The notes under the pieces are model-generated. The model saw only the letters and a program-made list of their open reading frames with translations. It did not search any database and was not told the origin of the DNA. Made by a program: the position numbers and the translations under genes. Shown here piece after piece: positions 10,701 through 19,788 of a DNA stretch of 64,000 bases. Numbering within the stretch: position 1 is the first letter of the stretch; each line of letters opens with the position of its first letter. This DNA is from Nitrosopumilaceae archaeon (GTDB lineage Archaea > Thermoproteota > Nitrososphaeria > Nitrososphaerales > Nitrosopumilaceae): positions 99,876 to 163,875 of the forward strand of contig CBDBCR010000002.1 in assembly GCA_965203465.1 (NCBI GenBank), in the 5' to 3' direction.

Positions 10701-13089
10701 CGTCTCGGACACCGAGGACAACGTGCTCGACGGGGCCGTAGCACAAATCCACGCGTACGCCCCCAACGATCTGGTCTTTGCCGACGCGGCAGAGTTCACC
10801 GTGTCTTCGAGCAACCCCAACCCCATGTACGCGCGCGCCGGCGAGACGGTCACGCTGACCTTCAAAGCGGACGTGGACATACTGCCCGCAAACGAGACGG
10901 GCGTGCTGTTCAACCTGAATGACGCCTCGTCGATATCGAGCGTCACGGCGCGCGGGTTCACCGCCACGTACGTCGTGCAGCAGTCCGACCGCGACGGCCC
11001 GCTGGACCTGGTGGTCGCGGTGGAGACGACCGACGCGATATCGACCTTTACGGCGGCCGACATTACGTCGGGCGGCAACGTGACGGTGGACACCACGCCG
11101 CCCCGGTACATGTCCGCGACGCTGGCCGGGATGCAGTCCATACACGTCCACTATTCGGAGCCGGTGCAGACCTCGGCGACCGACTATACGGGCATCGGCA
11201 TAGGGTGCCCCGACTGCACGCCGCAGCCCGCCTCTTCGGCGTCCAACCCCGGCCCGTCCTCGCACGTGCTGGTGTCGTGGGCCACGCAAGTCCCCGGCAC
11301 GGAGCGCTCCAACGTGGAATTCACGATCAGCTCGTCGGTGACGGATCTTGCAGGCAACGGCCTGTCCAACCACGGCGTCAAGACCATGCCGCCGCCCGAG
11401 AACCTCGAGGCGGTCAGCAGGCTGCAGCTGGACACCACGGACAGCGGCGTCTCGGGCGTGGCGCTGCCGCACGACACGCTGGTGCGCACGGTCGTGGCCA
11501 CGCCGGGGACGGTCCCGGTCATCGACGTGTCGGGGTTCAAGGAGCCGGGCTCGGTGCACGGCGGCGTGGCCGGCGCCGGCGGCAACAGGGTAGAGTTCCC
11601 GCCGGGCAGGGAGCTCATGGTGGAGACGGACATGGCGACCGTGACGTTCCAGCCGATGGTGCAGGCCGGCGGCTTCCCCAACCGGGACGGCTCTGACGCG
11701 GGCAGCACCATAACAGTCGACGTCTCGCAAAAGGATCCAGACTCGGAGTTCACGGAACTACACCCGCACGTGGATCCGGAGTTTTCGCTGATACTGGAGT
11801 TCGGCAGGCCCGACGTGGATCTTGCCTTCAGCGCGCCGGTCCAAGTCGCGCTAAAGAGCGACATACTGCCCAGCTCCACCGTGTTCACGATAAACGCGGC
11901 AGGCTCCACGCGCGAGGTGCTAGAGTGCGGCTCGGACGTGCGGGACTCTGCCACCGCGCTGGACTTCATAGTCTCGTCGGTCGCGCCGCTCGGATCCGCG
12001 ACGGTCGACGGCGGCGCATGCGTCGACAAGGACTTCAACGTCATCTGGACTATGCACTTTTCGGCGTTCGGCGTCTCGCTGCCGTCCCCGTCCTCGTCGG
12101 CAAGATCCAGCTGCGACGACTGCACGCCGCCCACCCTGGGCCGCGACGAGGGCGGCGATCTGGTAGTCGCCGGCGGGTTCACCTACAACGGCCGCGAGGC
12201 CAACGTGGAGACGTTCTTCACGGCGTACCCGCGCATAGAGACGCAGGTGGGCTCGCCCAACGTGGCCGTCGTAAAGATATACGAGAACGGCGGGCCCGAC
12301 AATATACGGCACGCCTCGCTTGCCTTCGGGCTGCGCTCCGGCGAGGTGATATCGGAGAGCACCGCTGCCATCGAGTGGAACCGTGACCACGCCGGCGCCG
12401 AGTCGGTCACGCTCTTCGATCCGCACAACGCCATCGACGGCGCCAGCTTGGGCGTGGACGCCTCGGAGACAGAGTGCGCGGCCGGCTCTTCTCTTCAGTG
12501 CCTGCGGCTGGAGTTCCGCCACACGTTCCGGGCCCCGCTAGAGTACGACATCGTGGGCACCAACGTCTGGGACGCCGACCGCAACGCATGGCAGAACTAC
12601 TTCAACCACGGCATACACATCGAGGGCGAATCGCTCAACGAGATACCGGGGATGCTGGTCGACGGCATGAGGCTGTACCCCATCAGGGCCGGCTCGGACC
12701 ACGTGACGGTCATGTCAGACGGGGACGGCCAGCTGTACAGGCTGGCCCCGGACGGCCAGTACCGGCCGCTGACGAACTCGTCGGCGCTGTACAGGAACGC
12801 CGACGAGTCCATATGGCTGCAGGCAAACGGGATGGAGCCGATGGGCGGCTACGACCGGCACGATCCGCGCTTTGCAGGCGAGCTGGCCTCGGAGGAGCTG
12901 GCGGCCCTCGAGGTGCTCGCCTCTCTTACCCGCGACGCCCCGCTGGAAAACCCAGGGTTCGGCGCGCCCGCGCCCCTGGTGTACCACGAGCAGACCTATT
13001 CGGACCGCTCGTCCGACGAGGCGCTGGGCGAGGCGCTGCTGGCCGAGCAGGAGCGCGCGGCGCTGCTCTACGAGGTTCTGTTCGGGTAG
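7702..13089 (+). CDS. Giant secreted surface protein, paralog 2
   Basis: 1795-aa ORF; hydrophobic N-terminus ending LPEAEA|H; same architecture as paralogs 1 and 3. Confidence 0.9.
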   Translation: MLVKGRIAQVVLVSLVPALLVGYGALDGGWQAVLPEAEAHAGTIHVTRAALTGPNTIVITYSGVVGAPEQTRPTVQCFYGGCIRTGTETVITDAGRYSDIVINPGGSVGITSRDRHGYGGNEHRITFGGSGAAPDATGSLSVASGGPWSNSYHRHTRAAATVTVQDGQAPGLVPSSVSLDLNNTGVFSFRANEDLLKSATDPSKITIAGVSLSSATVLDLGGERGVYVTITEDQRSRLAALQDGGLTADFAGAAFADALGNRSAPASGVQISVTKDTTPPALLLGDSSLDLGTGALRLAFSEYVDVSEADMSAVRLQDSSGGRGLSLAGSAVLEEDDGYGVSVQLTDLQRAQIANPDAFPPGASPGAVPGAQLPAVGDLPEAYTLTYLKAPSAAFSDLAGIPLSRAPDGAKLPTTDDSAPPSVLGSPAPSLALDTGILRFELDEYVRARAIDLENVAIKDRFDGSVSLENAELRSDGKAVMLTLPDPDREAAINMQTDLLLSVPAGAVEDVSGNGIAGSETGIEVARDRTAPSLVRASLAGDKLALVFSETVDATPSGQVVLSKMSLRAPQTAEAGAVRLSSGQDVATVETSADGPRVDITLTASQRSALAAGQSSTLLLSLEADAVRDLSGNPVQANSELPVGASLDLAGPAALSVTLDTGTGTMSVTFDEIIDATPASKVDASKFSIRDSSGSADAVRTALANAKVSGFDRATLELKLTEAQRQAALSYGGAPVLDVAAGAVRDLADNPSSASAGLPVAVSGADTFVPQLLSAYLNRGTGNLEMLFGETVDVSEIDLAKLRIQEIAVVVEAPENTGTAVCALDLNNIYRWLTGPNAGQTCTPPTAPPPVPQAFVQLKTDTTSASVLTTSDGASVAVALTEEQLGWVEAFERAAQLDIEAGAVKDTSANPIQARSDVPLSVQADTVPPALVSAAITGPNSVRVQFSEDLLNSSVDASDFAVRGHAIAGVEETKGTVDIELSTRIDNTSGQTVRVSVTGSVSDTEDNVLDGAVAQIHAYAPNDLVFADAAEFTVSSSNPNPMYARAGETVTLTFKADVDILPANETGVLFNLNDASSISSVTARGFTATYVVQQSDRDGPLDLVVAVETTDAISTFTAADITSGGNVTVDTTPPRYMSATLAGMQSIHVHYSEPVQTSATDYTGIGIGCPDCTPQPASSASNPGPSSHVLVSWATQVPGTERSNVEFTISSSVTDLAGNGLSNHGVKTMPPPENLEAVSRLQLDTTDSGVSGVALPHDTLVRTVVATPGTVPVIDVSGFKEPGSVHGGVAGAGGNRVEFPPGRELMVETDMATVTFQPMVQAGGFPNRDGSDAGSTITVDVSQKDPDSEFTELHPHVDPEFSLILEFGRPDVDLAFSAPVQVALKSDILPSSTVFTINAAGSTREVLECGSDVRDSATALDFIVSSVAPLGSATVDGGACVDKDFNVIWTMHFSAFGVSLPSPSSSARSSCDDCTPPTLGRDEGGDLVVAGGFTYNGREANVETFFTAYPRIETQVGSPNVAVVKIYENGGPDNIRHASLAFGLRSGEVISESTAAIEWNRDHAGAESVTLFDPHNAIDGASLGVDASETECAAGSSLQCLRLEFRHTFRAPLEYDIVGTNVWDADRNAWQNYFNHGIHIEGESLNEIPGMLVDGMRLYPIRAGSDHVTVMSDGDGQLYRLAPDGQYRPLTNSSALYRNADESIWLQANGMEPMGGYDRHDPRFAGELASEELAALEVLASLTRDAPLENPGFGAPAPLVYHEQTYSDRSSDEALGEALLAEQERAALLYEVLFG

Positions 13090-13336
13090 GGGCCGGGCGC
13101 TGACGCGATCCGCCTGCCGGGCCGGTCTTGGGACGCGAACCGATCCGCGCGCGGCGCTTTTCCGCGCCCCGGCGGTCTGGACTGGCAGGTTGCGCCCGCC
13201 GGACGCGATCTGACGGCTTTTTTGGCCGACTGGACGGATGTCTTGCCGAACGCGGATGTACCGCAAAAGCGTGCGCTCGCGGGCGGGCGGCCGCGCCCGA
13301 GGCGCGCGCGGGCGTACGGTTTGGGCGACACATGTC

Positions 13337-13367
13337 TTATATACCAAAAGCTGCGGGGGGGGGGGGG
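13337..13367 (+). promoter_or_regulatory. TATA box (TTATATA, 13337-13343) followed by a G13 homopolymer (13355-13367) running into the probable GTG start
   Basis: Sequence cTTATATAccaaaagctgc-G13-tg; the last G is the first base of the in-frame GTG at 13367. Confidence 0.7.
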
Positions 13368-16300
13368 TGGCAGAACGGTGCGAATCGGCGAGGCGCGGGC
13401 TCTTCCGCGCGGACAAGCTGCTCGCGCTGGCGGCCCCGGCGGTGCTCGCGCTGGCAGTATGCGGCGCCCTCGACATGTCCGGCGCGTGGCCTGATCTGCT
13501 GCCCGAGGCCGAGGCTCACGCGGGCAAGATCCACATCACCAACGCCGTGCTGACCAACCACAACACGATACTGGTAACGTATTCGGGCTCCATCGCGCCG
13601 CCCTCTTCCAGGCAGGTCCCGCAGTCGCAGTGCTACGGCGCGTTCGGCTGCTCGTTCACCGGCTACAAGACGGTCTGGAACGTGGCCTCGCGGTATTCGG
13701 ACGTGTCGATGAACCCGGGCGGGGCCATGGGCATCGCGAGAGTCTCGTACAGCGCGTACAACGCGCACTTTATACACCTGTCCGGCAGCGTGCCGTCTCC
13801 GGACGCGACCGGCTCGCTCAGCGTGGCCTCGTCGGGCTCCGTGAGTTGGACCAACTCGCAGCACAGCCACACGCGCGACGCGGCGACGGTCACCGTCCAC
13901 GACGGGCAGGGCCCGGGCCTGGCGTCTTCGGGCGCGTCCCTGGATCTGAACGCGGGCATCTTTTCGTTCACGGCCAACGAGGATCTGCAAAAGTCGGCCA
14001 CCGACCCGTCAAAAATAACCATAGCCGGCGTGAACCTCTCTAGCGCCACCGCGCTGGACTTGGGCGGCGAGCGTAGCGTATCGATCGTCATCACCGAGGA
14101 TCAGAGGTCGCGCCTGGCCGCGCTGCAGGACGGCGCCGGCCTGACGGCCGACTTTGCCGGGGCGGCGCTTGCAGACGCGGCGGGCAACCGGTCGGGCCCC
14201 GCTTCGGGCGTGCAGATATCCCTGACAAAAGACACGACGCCCCCGGCGCTGTCGCTGGCCTCTTCCAGCCTGGACTTGGGCACCGGCACGATGAAGCTCC
14301 TGTTCACAGAGTACGTTGACGTGTCCGAGGCGGACATGTCGGCGGTGCGGCTACAAAACCCCTCGGGAGGCGCGGGGTTCAGCCTGGCCGGCAGCGCCGT
14401 CCTGGAGGAGGACGACGGCTACGGCGTCTCGGTGCAGCTGACCGACCTGCAGCGGGCGCAGATAATCAACCCGGCCGCGTTCCCGGCCGGGGCGCCCCCC
14501 GAGACGGTTCCAGATCTGATGCTGCCCGTCATCAGGGAGCCCCCGCCGGGCGCCGCGCTGACGCACCTGAAAGTGGACCCCGCGGCGTTCCGCGATCTGG
14601 CCGGCATCGCGCTCTCGCGGGCCGTCGAAGGGCAGATTCCGGCGACCCCCGACGCGACGGCGCCTTCGGTACTGGGCAGCCCGGCGCCCTCGCTGGCCCT
14701 GGACACGGGGGTGCTGCGCTTCGAGTTCGACGAGTACGTCAACGCCCGCGCGGTCGATTTCGACGACATGGCGATAAAGGACAGGTTCGACGGGAGCGTC
14801 TCGCTGGAGAACGCCGGCGTCCGCTCGGACGGCAAGACCGTGATACTGACGCTGCCCGACCGGGACAGGGAGGCTGCCATCAACATGCAGACCGACCTGC
14901 TCTTGCACGCAAAAACCGGCGCGGTCAAGGACGTCTCGGGCAACGGCATCGCCGAATCGGATACGGGCATCGAGGTGGCGCGGGACAGGACCGCCCCGTC
15001 GCTGGTCCGCGCATCGCTGGATCCGAGCAGCGGCAATCTGGCGCTGGTCTTCAGCGAGACAGTCGACGCCACCCCGTCGGGCCAGGTCGTCCTGTCGAAG
15101 ATGTCGCTGCGCGCCCCGCAGACGGCCGAGGCCGACGCGGTGCGCCTTTCGTCGGGGCAGGACAGGGCGACGGTGACCACCGCCGCCGACGGCCCGCGGG
15201 TCGACATCACGCTGACGGCCAGCCAGAGATCGGCGCTGGCAGCCGGCCAGAGCGCCACGCTGCTGCTCTCGCTCGAAGCCGACGCCGTCCGGGATCTTTC
15301 GAACAACCCTGTCCAGGCCAACAGCGAGCTGCCGGTCGGCACGTCGCTGGATCTGGGAGGGCCGACGGCGCTTTCAGTCTCCCTCGAGACGGGCACCGGC
15401 ACCATGACGGTCACGTTCGACGAGACCGTCGATGCCACGCCAGCATCGAAGGTCGACACGTCAAAGTTCTCCATCCGCGACTCGTCGGGCGGCGCCGACG
15501 CCGTGCGCACCGCGCTGACGTCGGCCAAGGTCTCCGAGTTTGACCGCCTCTCGCTGGAGCTAAAGCTCACCGAGGCGCAGAGGCAGGCGGCCCTGTCGTA
15601 CGGCGGCGCGCCGTTCCTGGACATCGCCGCCGGCGCCGTCCGCGACTCGGCGGACAACCCGTCGTCGGCTACCAGCGACATGACCGTCAACGTAACCGGA
15701 ACGGACACGCTGGTGCCCGGGTTGCTCTCGGCGTACCTGAACTGGGGGACCGGCAACCTCGAGATGCTGTTCGGCGAGACGGTGGACGTATCCGAGATAG
15801 ACCTTGCAAAGCTGAGGATACAAGAGATCGCGGTGGTCGTAGAGGCGCCCGAAAACACGGGCCCGGGCGTGTGCACGCCGGATCTGCAAAACATCTACCG
15901 CTGGGCAGGCGGCCCCAACGACGGCCAGCTGTGCACCCCGCCGACCGCGCCGCCGCCCGTGCCGCAGGCGTTCGTGCAGCTAAAGACGGACACGACTTCG
16001 GCCTCGGTGCTGACCACCGCGGACGGCGCCTCGGCCACCGTGGCCCTGACCGAGGAGCAGCTGGGGTGGGTCGAGGCGTTCGAGCGCGCAGCGCAGCTGG
16101 ACATCGAAGCGGGCGCCGTAAAGGACACGTCGGCCAACCCGATCCAGGCCCGCTCGGACATCCCGCTCTCCGTCCAAGCTGACACCGTCCCGCCGGCGCT
16201 GGTCTCGGCGGCGATCACCGGCCCCGATTCGGTACGCGTGCAGTTCAGCGAGGATCTGCTGAATTCGTCGGTGGACGCCTCCGACTTTGCGGTGCGCGGC

Positions 16301-18805
16301 CACGCGATCGCCGGCGTCGAGGAGACAAAGGGCACGGTGGACATCGAGCTGTCCACGCGCATCGACAACACGTCGGGCCAGACCGTGCGCGTCTCGGTGA
16401 CGGGCAGCGTCTCGGACACCGAGGACAACGTGCTCGACGGGGCCGTCGCACAAATTTACATAGATGCCCCCAACGACCTTGTCTTTGCCGACGTGGCCGA
16501 GTTCACCGTGTCTTCGAGCAACCCCAACCCCGTGTACGCGCGCGCCGGCGATACCGTAACGCTGACCTTCAGGGCCGACGTGGACATCCTGCCCGCAAAC
16601 GAGACGGGCGTGCTGTTCAACCTAAACGACGCCGCGTCGATCTCGAACGTCACGGCGCGCGGGTTCACGGCCACTTACGTCGTGCAGCAGTCCGACCGCG
16701 ACGGCCCGCTCGACCTGGTGGTCGCGGTGGAGACAACCGACGCGATATCTGCCTTTACGGCGGCCGACATTACGTCGGGCGGCAACGTGACGGTGGACAC
16801 CACGCCGCCCCGGTACCTGTCGGCCACGCTAGCCGGGATGCAGTCCATACACGTCCACTATTCGGAGCCGGTAAAGACGTCCGCCTCCGACTATACGGGC
16901 ATCGGCATCGGGTGCCCCGACTGCACGCCGCAGCCCGCCTCGTCCGCGTCCAACCCGGGACCGTCCTCACACGTGCTGGTGTCGTGGGCCACGGAGGTGC
17001 CGGACACAGAGCGCTCCGACGTGGACTTTACGATCAGCTCGTCGGTGACGGATCTTGCGGGCAACGCACTGTCCAACTCGGGCGCAAAGACCATGCCGCC
17101 GCCCGAGAACCTCGAGGCGGTCAGCCGGCTGCAGCTGGACACGACGGACAGCGGCGTCTCGGGCGTGGCGCTGCCGCACGACACGCTGGTGCGCACGGTC
17201 GTGGCCACGCCGGGGACGGTCCCGGTCATAGACGTGTCGGGGTTCAAGGAGCCGGGCTCGGTGCACGGCGGCGTGGCCGGCGCCGGAGGCAACCGCGTCC
17301 AATTCCCGTCTGGCAGCGAGCTGACCGTCGATACGGACATGGCCACCGTGACGTTCCAGCCGATGGTGCAGGCGGGCGGCTTCCCCAACCAGGACGGCGC
17401 GGACGCGGGCAGCACCATAACCGTCGACGTCTCGCAAAAGGATCCAGACTCGGAGTTCACGGAACTGCACCCGCACGTGGATCCGGAGTTTTCGCTGATA
17501 CTGGAGTTCGGCAGGCCCGACGTTGACCTTGCCTTCAGCGCGCCGGTGCAGGTCGCGCTAAAGAGCGACATACTGCCCAGCTCCACCGTGTTCACGATAA
17601 ACGCGGCAGGCTCCACGCGCGAGGTGCTAGAGTGCGGCGACGGCGTCGAGGATTCGGCGACCGCGCTGGACTTCATAACATCGTCTGTCGCTCCGTTGGG
17701 GTCTGCCACGGTAGACGGCGGCGCATGCGTCGACAAGGACTTCAACGTAATCTGGACTATGCACTTTTCGGCGTTCGGCGTGTCTCTGCCCAACCCGTCC
17801 TCGTCGGGAGGCTCCACGTGCGACGACTGCACGCCGCCCACCTTGGGCAGGAACGAGGCCGGCGATCTGGTAGTCGCCGGCGGGTTCACCTACAACGGCC
17901 GCGAGGTCAACGTGGAGACGTTCTTCACGGCGTACCCGCGCATAGAGACGCAGGTGGGCTCGCCCAACGTGGCCGTCGTAAAGATATACGAAAACGGCGG
18001 GCCCGACAACGTGCGGCACGCCTCGCTTGCCTTCGGGCTGCGCTCCGGCGAGGTGATATCGGAGAGCACCGCTGCCATCGAGTGGAACCGTGACCACGCC
18101 GGCGCCGAGTCGGTCACGCTCTTCGATCCGCACAACGCCATCGACGGCGCCAGCTTGGGCGTGGACGCCTCGGAGACAGAGTGCGCGGCCGGCTCTTCTC
18201 TTCAGTGCCTGCGGCTGGAGTTCCGCCACACGTTCCGGGCCCCGCTAGAGTACGACATCGTGGGCACCAACGTCTGGGACGCCGACCGCAACGCATGGCA
18301 GAACTACTTCAACCACGGCATACACATCGAGGGCGAATCGCTCAACGAGATACCGGGGATGCTGGTCGACGGCATGAGGCTGTACCCCATCAGGGCCGGC
18401 TCGGACCACGTGACGGTCATGTCAGACGGGGACGGCCAGCTGTACAGGCTGGCCCCGGACGGCCAGTACCGGCCGCTGACGAACTCGTCGGCCCTGTACA
18501 GGACCGCCGACGAGTCCATATGGCTGCAGGCAAACGGGATGGAGCCGATGGGCGGCTACGACCGGCACGATCCGCGCTTTGCCGGCGAGCTGGCCTCGGA
18601 GGAGCTGGCGGCCCTTGAGGTGCTCGCCTCTCTTACCCGCGACGCCCCGCTGGAAAACCCAGGGTTCGGCGCGCCCGCGCCCCTGGTGTACCACGAGCAG
18701 ACCTATTCGGACCGCTCGTCCGACGAGGCGCTGGGCGAGGCGCTGCTGGCCGAGCAGGAGCGCGCGGCGCTGCTCTACGAGGCCATGTTCGCAAACAGGC
18801 GCTAG
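13367..18805 (+). CDS. Giant secreted surface protein, paralog 3
   Basis: ORF 13238-18805, probable start GTG 13367 given TATA spacing; signal ends LPEAEA|H; long stretches near-identical to paralog 2 at an offset of 5707 bp. Confidence 0.88.
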   Translation: MAERCESARRGLFRADKLLALAAPAVLALAVCGALDMSGAWPDLLPEAEAHAGKIHITNAVLTNHNTILVTYSGSIAPPSSRQVPQSQCYGAFGCSFTGYKTVWNVASRYSDVSMNPGGAMGIARVSYSAYNAHFIHLSGSVPSPDATGSLSVASSGSVSWTNSQHSHTRDAATVTVHDGQGPGLASSGASLDLNAGIFSFTANEDLQKSATDPSKITIAGVNLSSATALDLGGERSVSIVITEDQRSRLAALQDGAGLTADFAGAALADAAGNRSGPASGVQISLTKDTTPPALSLASSSLDLGTGTMKLLFTEYVDVSEADMSAVRLQNPSGGAGFSLAGSAVLEEDDGYGVSVQLTDLQRAQIINPAAFPAGAPPETVPDLMLPVIREPPPGAALTHLKVDPAAFRDLAGIALSRAVEGQIPATPDATAPSVLGSPAPSLALDTGVLRFEFDEYVNARAVDFDDMAIKDRFDGSVSLENAGVRSDGKTVILTLPDRDREAAINMQTDLLLHAKTGAVKDVSGNGIAESDTGIEVARDRTAPSLVRASLDPSSGNLALVFSETVDATPSGQVVLSKMSLRAPQTAEADAVRLSSGQDRATVTTAADGPRVDITLTASQRSALAAGQSATLLLSLEADAVRDLSNNPVQANSELPVGTSLDLGGPTALSVSLETGTGTMTVTFDETVDATPASKVDTSKFSIRDSSGGADAVRTALTSAKVSEFDRLSLELKLTEAQRQAALSYGGAPFLDIAAGAVRDSADNPSSATSDMTVNVTGTDTLVPGLLSAYLNWGTGNLEMLFGETVDVSEIDLAKLRIQEIAVVVEAPENTGPGVCTPDLQNIYRWAGGPNDGQLCTPPTAPPPVPQAFVQLKTDTTSASVLTTADGASATVALTEEQLGWVEAFERAAQLDIEAGAVKDTSANPIQARSDIPLSVQADTVPPALVSAAITGPDSVRVQFSEDLLNSSVDASDFAVRGHAIAGVEETKGTVDIELSTRIDNTSGQTVRVSVTGSVSDTEDNVLDGAVAQIYIDAPNDLVFADVAEFTVSSSNPNPVYARAGDTVTLTFRADVDILPANETGVLFNLNDAASISNVTARGFTATYVVQQSDRDGPLDLVVAVETTDAISAFTAADITSGGNVTVDTTPPRYLSATLAGMQSIHVHYSEPVKTSASDYTGIGIGCPDCTPQPASSASNPGPSSHVLVSWATEVPDTERSDVDFTISSSVTDLAGNALSNSGAKTMPPPENLEAVSRLQLDTTDSGVSGVALPHDTLVRTVVATPGTVPVIDVSGFKEPGSVHGGVAGAGGNRVQFPSGSELTVDTDMATVTFQPMVQAGGFPNQDGADAGSTITVDVSQKDPDSEFTELHPHVDPEFSLILEFGRPDVDLAFSAPVQVALKSDILPSSTVFTINAAGSTREVLECGDGVEDSATALDFITSSVAPLGSATVDGGACVDKDFNVIWTMHFSAFGVSLPNPSSSGGSTCDDCTPPTLGRNEAGDLVVAGGFTYNGREVNVETFFTAYPRIETQVGSPNVAVVKIYENGGPDNVRHASLAFGLRSGEVISESTAAIEWNRDHAGAESVTLFDPHNAIDGASLGVDASETECAAGSSLQCLRLEFRHTFRAPLEYDIVGTNVWDADRNAWQNYFNHGIHIEGESLNEIPGMLVDGMRLYPIRAGSDHVTVMSDGDGQLYRLAPDGQYRPLTNSSALYRTADESIWLQANGMEPMGGYDRHDPRFAGELASEELAALEVLASLTRDAPLENPGFGAPAPLVYHEQTYSDRSSDEALGEALLAEQERAALLYEAMFANRR

Positions 18806-19743
18806 GCCAGCAGCTCTTCGTAGAACCGGGCGTACCCGGGCATGACGTTCTCCGAGGAAAACATGCGCTGCGCCTCGGCGCGCGCGGCGCGCGCCATCTT
18901 GAGCGACGCCTGCCGGTCAGAGAGCGCGCCGTTGATCGCGTCTGCCAGCGCGGCTGGATCGCCGGGCGGGACCAGCGCGCCGGTCCTGCCGTGCTCGACC
19001 AGCTCGGGCACGCCGCCGACCGACGAGGCCACCACGGGCACGCCCATGAAGAACGCCTCGATGATTATGCGGGGCAGCGACTCGATGCGGGACGGGACGG
19101 CGAGCACCTGCGAGGACTTTACCTGCGACATGGCCTCGGGCCACCCCGCGTCGGTGACGTACGAGACACGGCCGTCTATGCGCTTTTCGGCCGCCTCCAA
19201 CACGTCCCTGCCCTTTTCGCGGCTGTCGCGGCCGACAAAGCAGACCCTGCCGGGCACCTCTTTTACCGAGTCGAACCGTTCCAGCATGCCCGGATCCATC
19301 GGGTGGCGCAGGCGGACGAACTCCAGGCCGAGCATCCTTTCGTACGCGCAGGCGGTGAACTCGGAATCGGCGGTGCGCGCGTCGGCCCAGCGCATCACCC
19401 TGCGCTCTACAAAAGAGGCCAGCGCGGCCAGCGGCCGCGAGTGGGATTCGCGTATGTACCGGCTCCACACGGCGTCGGACGTGAGGATCTTTTTGCGCGC
19501 CCGCGAGCAGAGCATGGCAAAGGCCGACGGCGCGTTGAAGGCGTGCACGATGTCGTATTTTTTGCCCAAGACTGCGAGGGCCGAGCTCGACAGCGCGAAG
19601 CTGGCGCTCTTTAGGGTTCTTGCCGGCAGGTGCGGCGCCTCGAGCCTCGAGACCGAGTGGCCGCGCGCCCGCATCTGGCGCTCGAGCTCTGCTATCTGCC
19701 CCGCGCCTTGCCTGTACGCGGGCGAGACGTACAGTATGTCCAA
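18802..19743 (-). CDS. Glycosyltransferase family 4 (GT-B)
   Basis: FVGR...EKG, LAVPSRIESLPRIIIEAF..GVPVVASSVGGVPELVEHGRTGALV motifs. Confidence 0.92.
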   Translation of the reverse strand: MDILYVSPAYRQGAGQIAELERQMRARGHSVSRLEAPHLPARTLKSASFALSSSALAVLGKKYDIVHAFNAPSAFAMLCSRARKKILTSDAVWSRYIRESHSRPLAALASFVERRVMRWADARTADSEFTACAYERMLGLEFVRLRHPMDPGMLERFDSVKEVPGRVCFVGRDSREKGRDVLEAAEKRIDGRVSYVTDAGWPEAMSQVKSSQVLAVPSRIESLPRIIIEAFFMGVPVVASSVGGVPELVEHGRTGALVPPGDPAALADAINGALSDRQASLKMARAARAEAQRMFSSENVMPGYARFYEELLA

Positions 19744-19788
19744 CGCGGCGGGGGCGCCCGTTGTCTTAATGTGCTTTTCCGGAATCTC

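Noticed and set aside
3998-17889. Long antisense ORFs (3998-5683, 8715-11141, 14419-15894 and others)
   Set aside because: Ser/Ala/Thr-rich shadows of GC-rich sense genes, with no motifs or promoters
7702-18805. Diversity-generating retroelement as the source of paralog variation
   Set aside because: No reverse transcriptase in the window, and differences in the variable loops are not restricted to adenines
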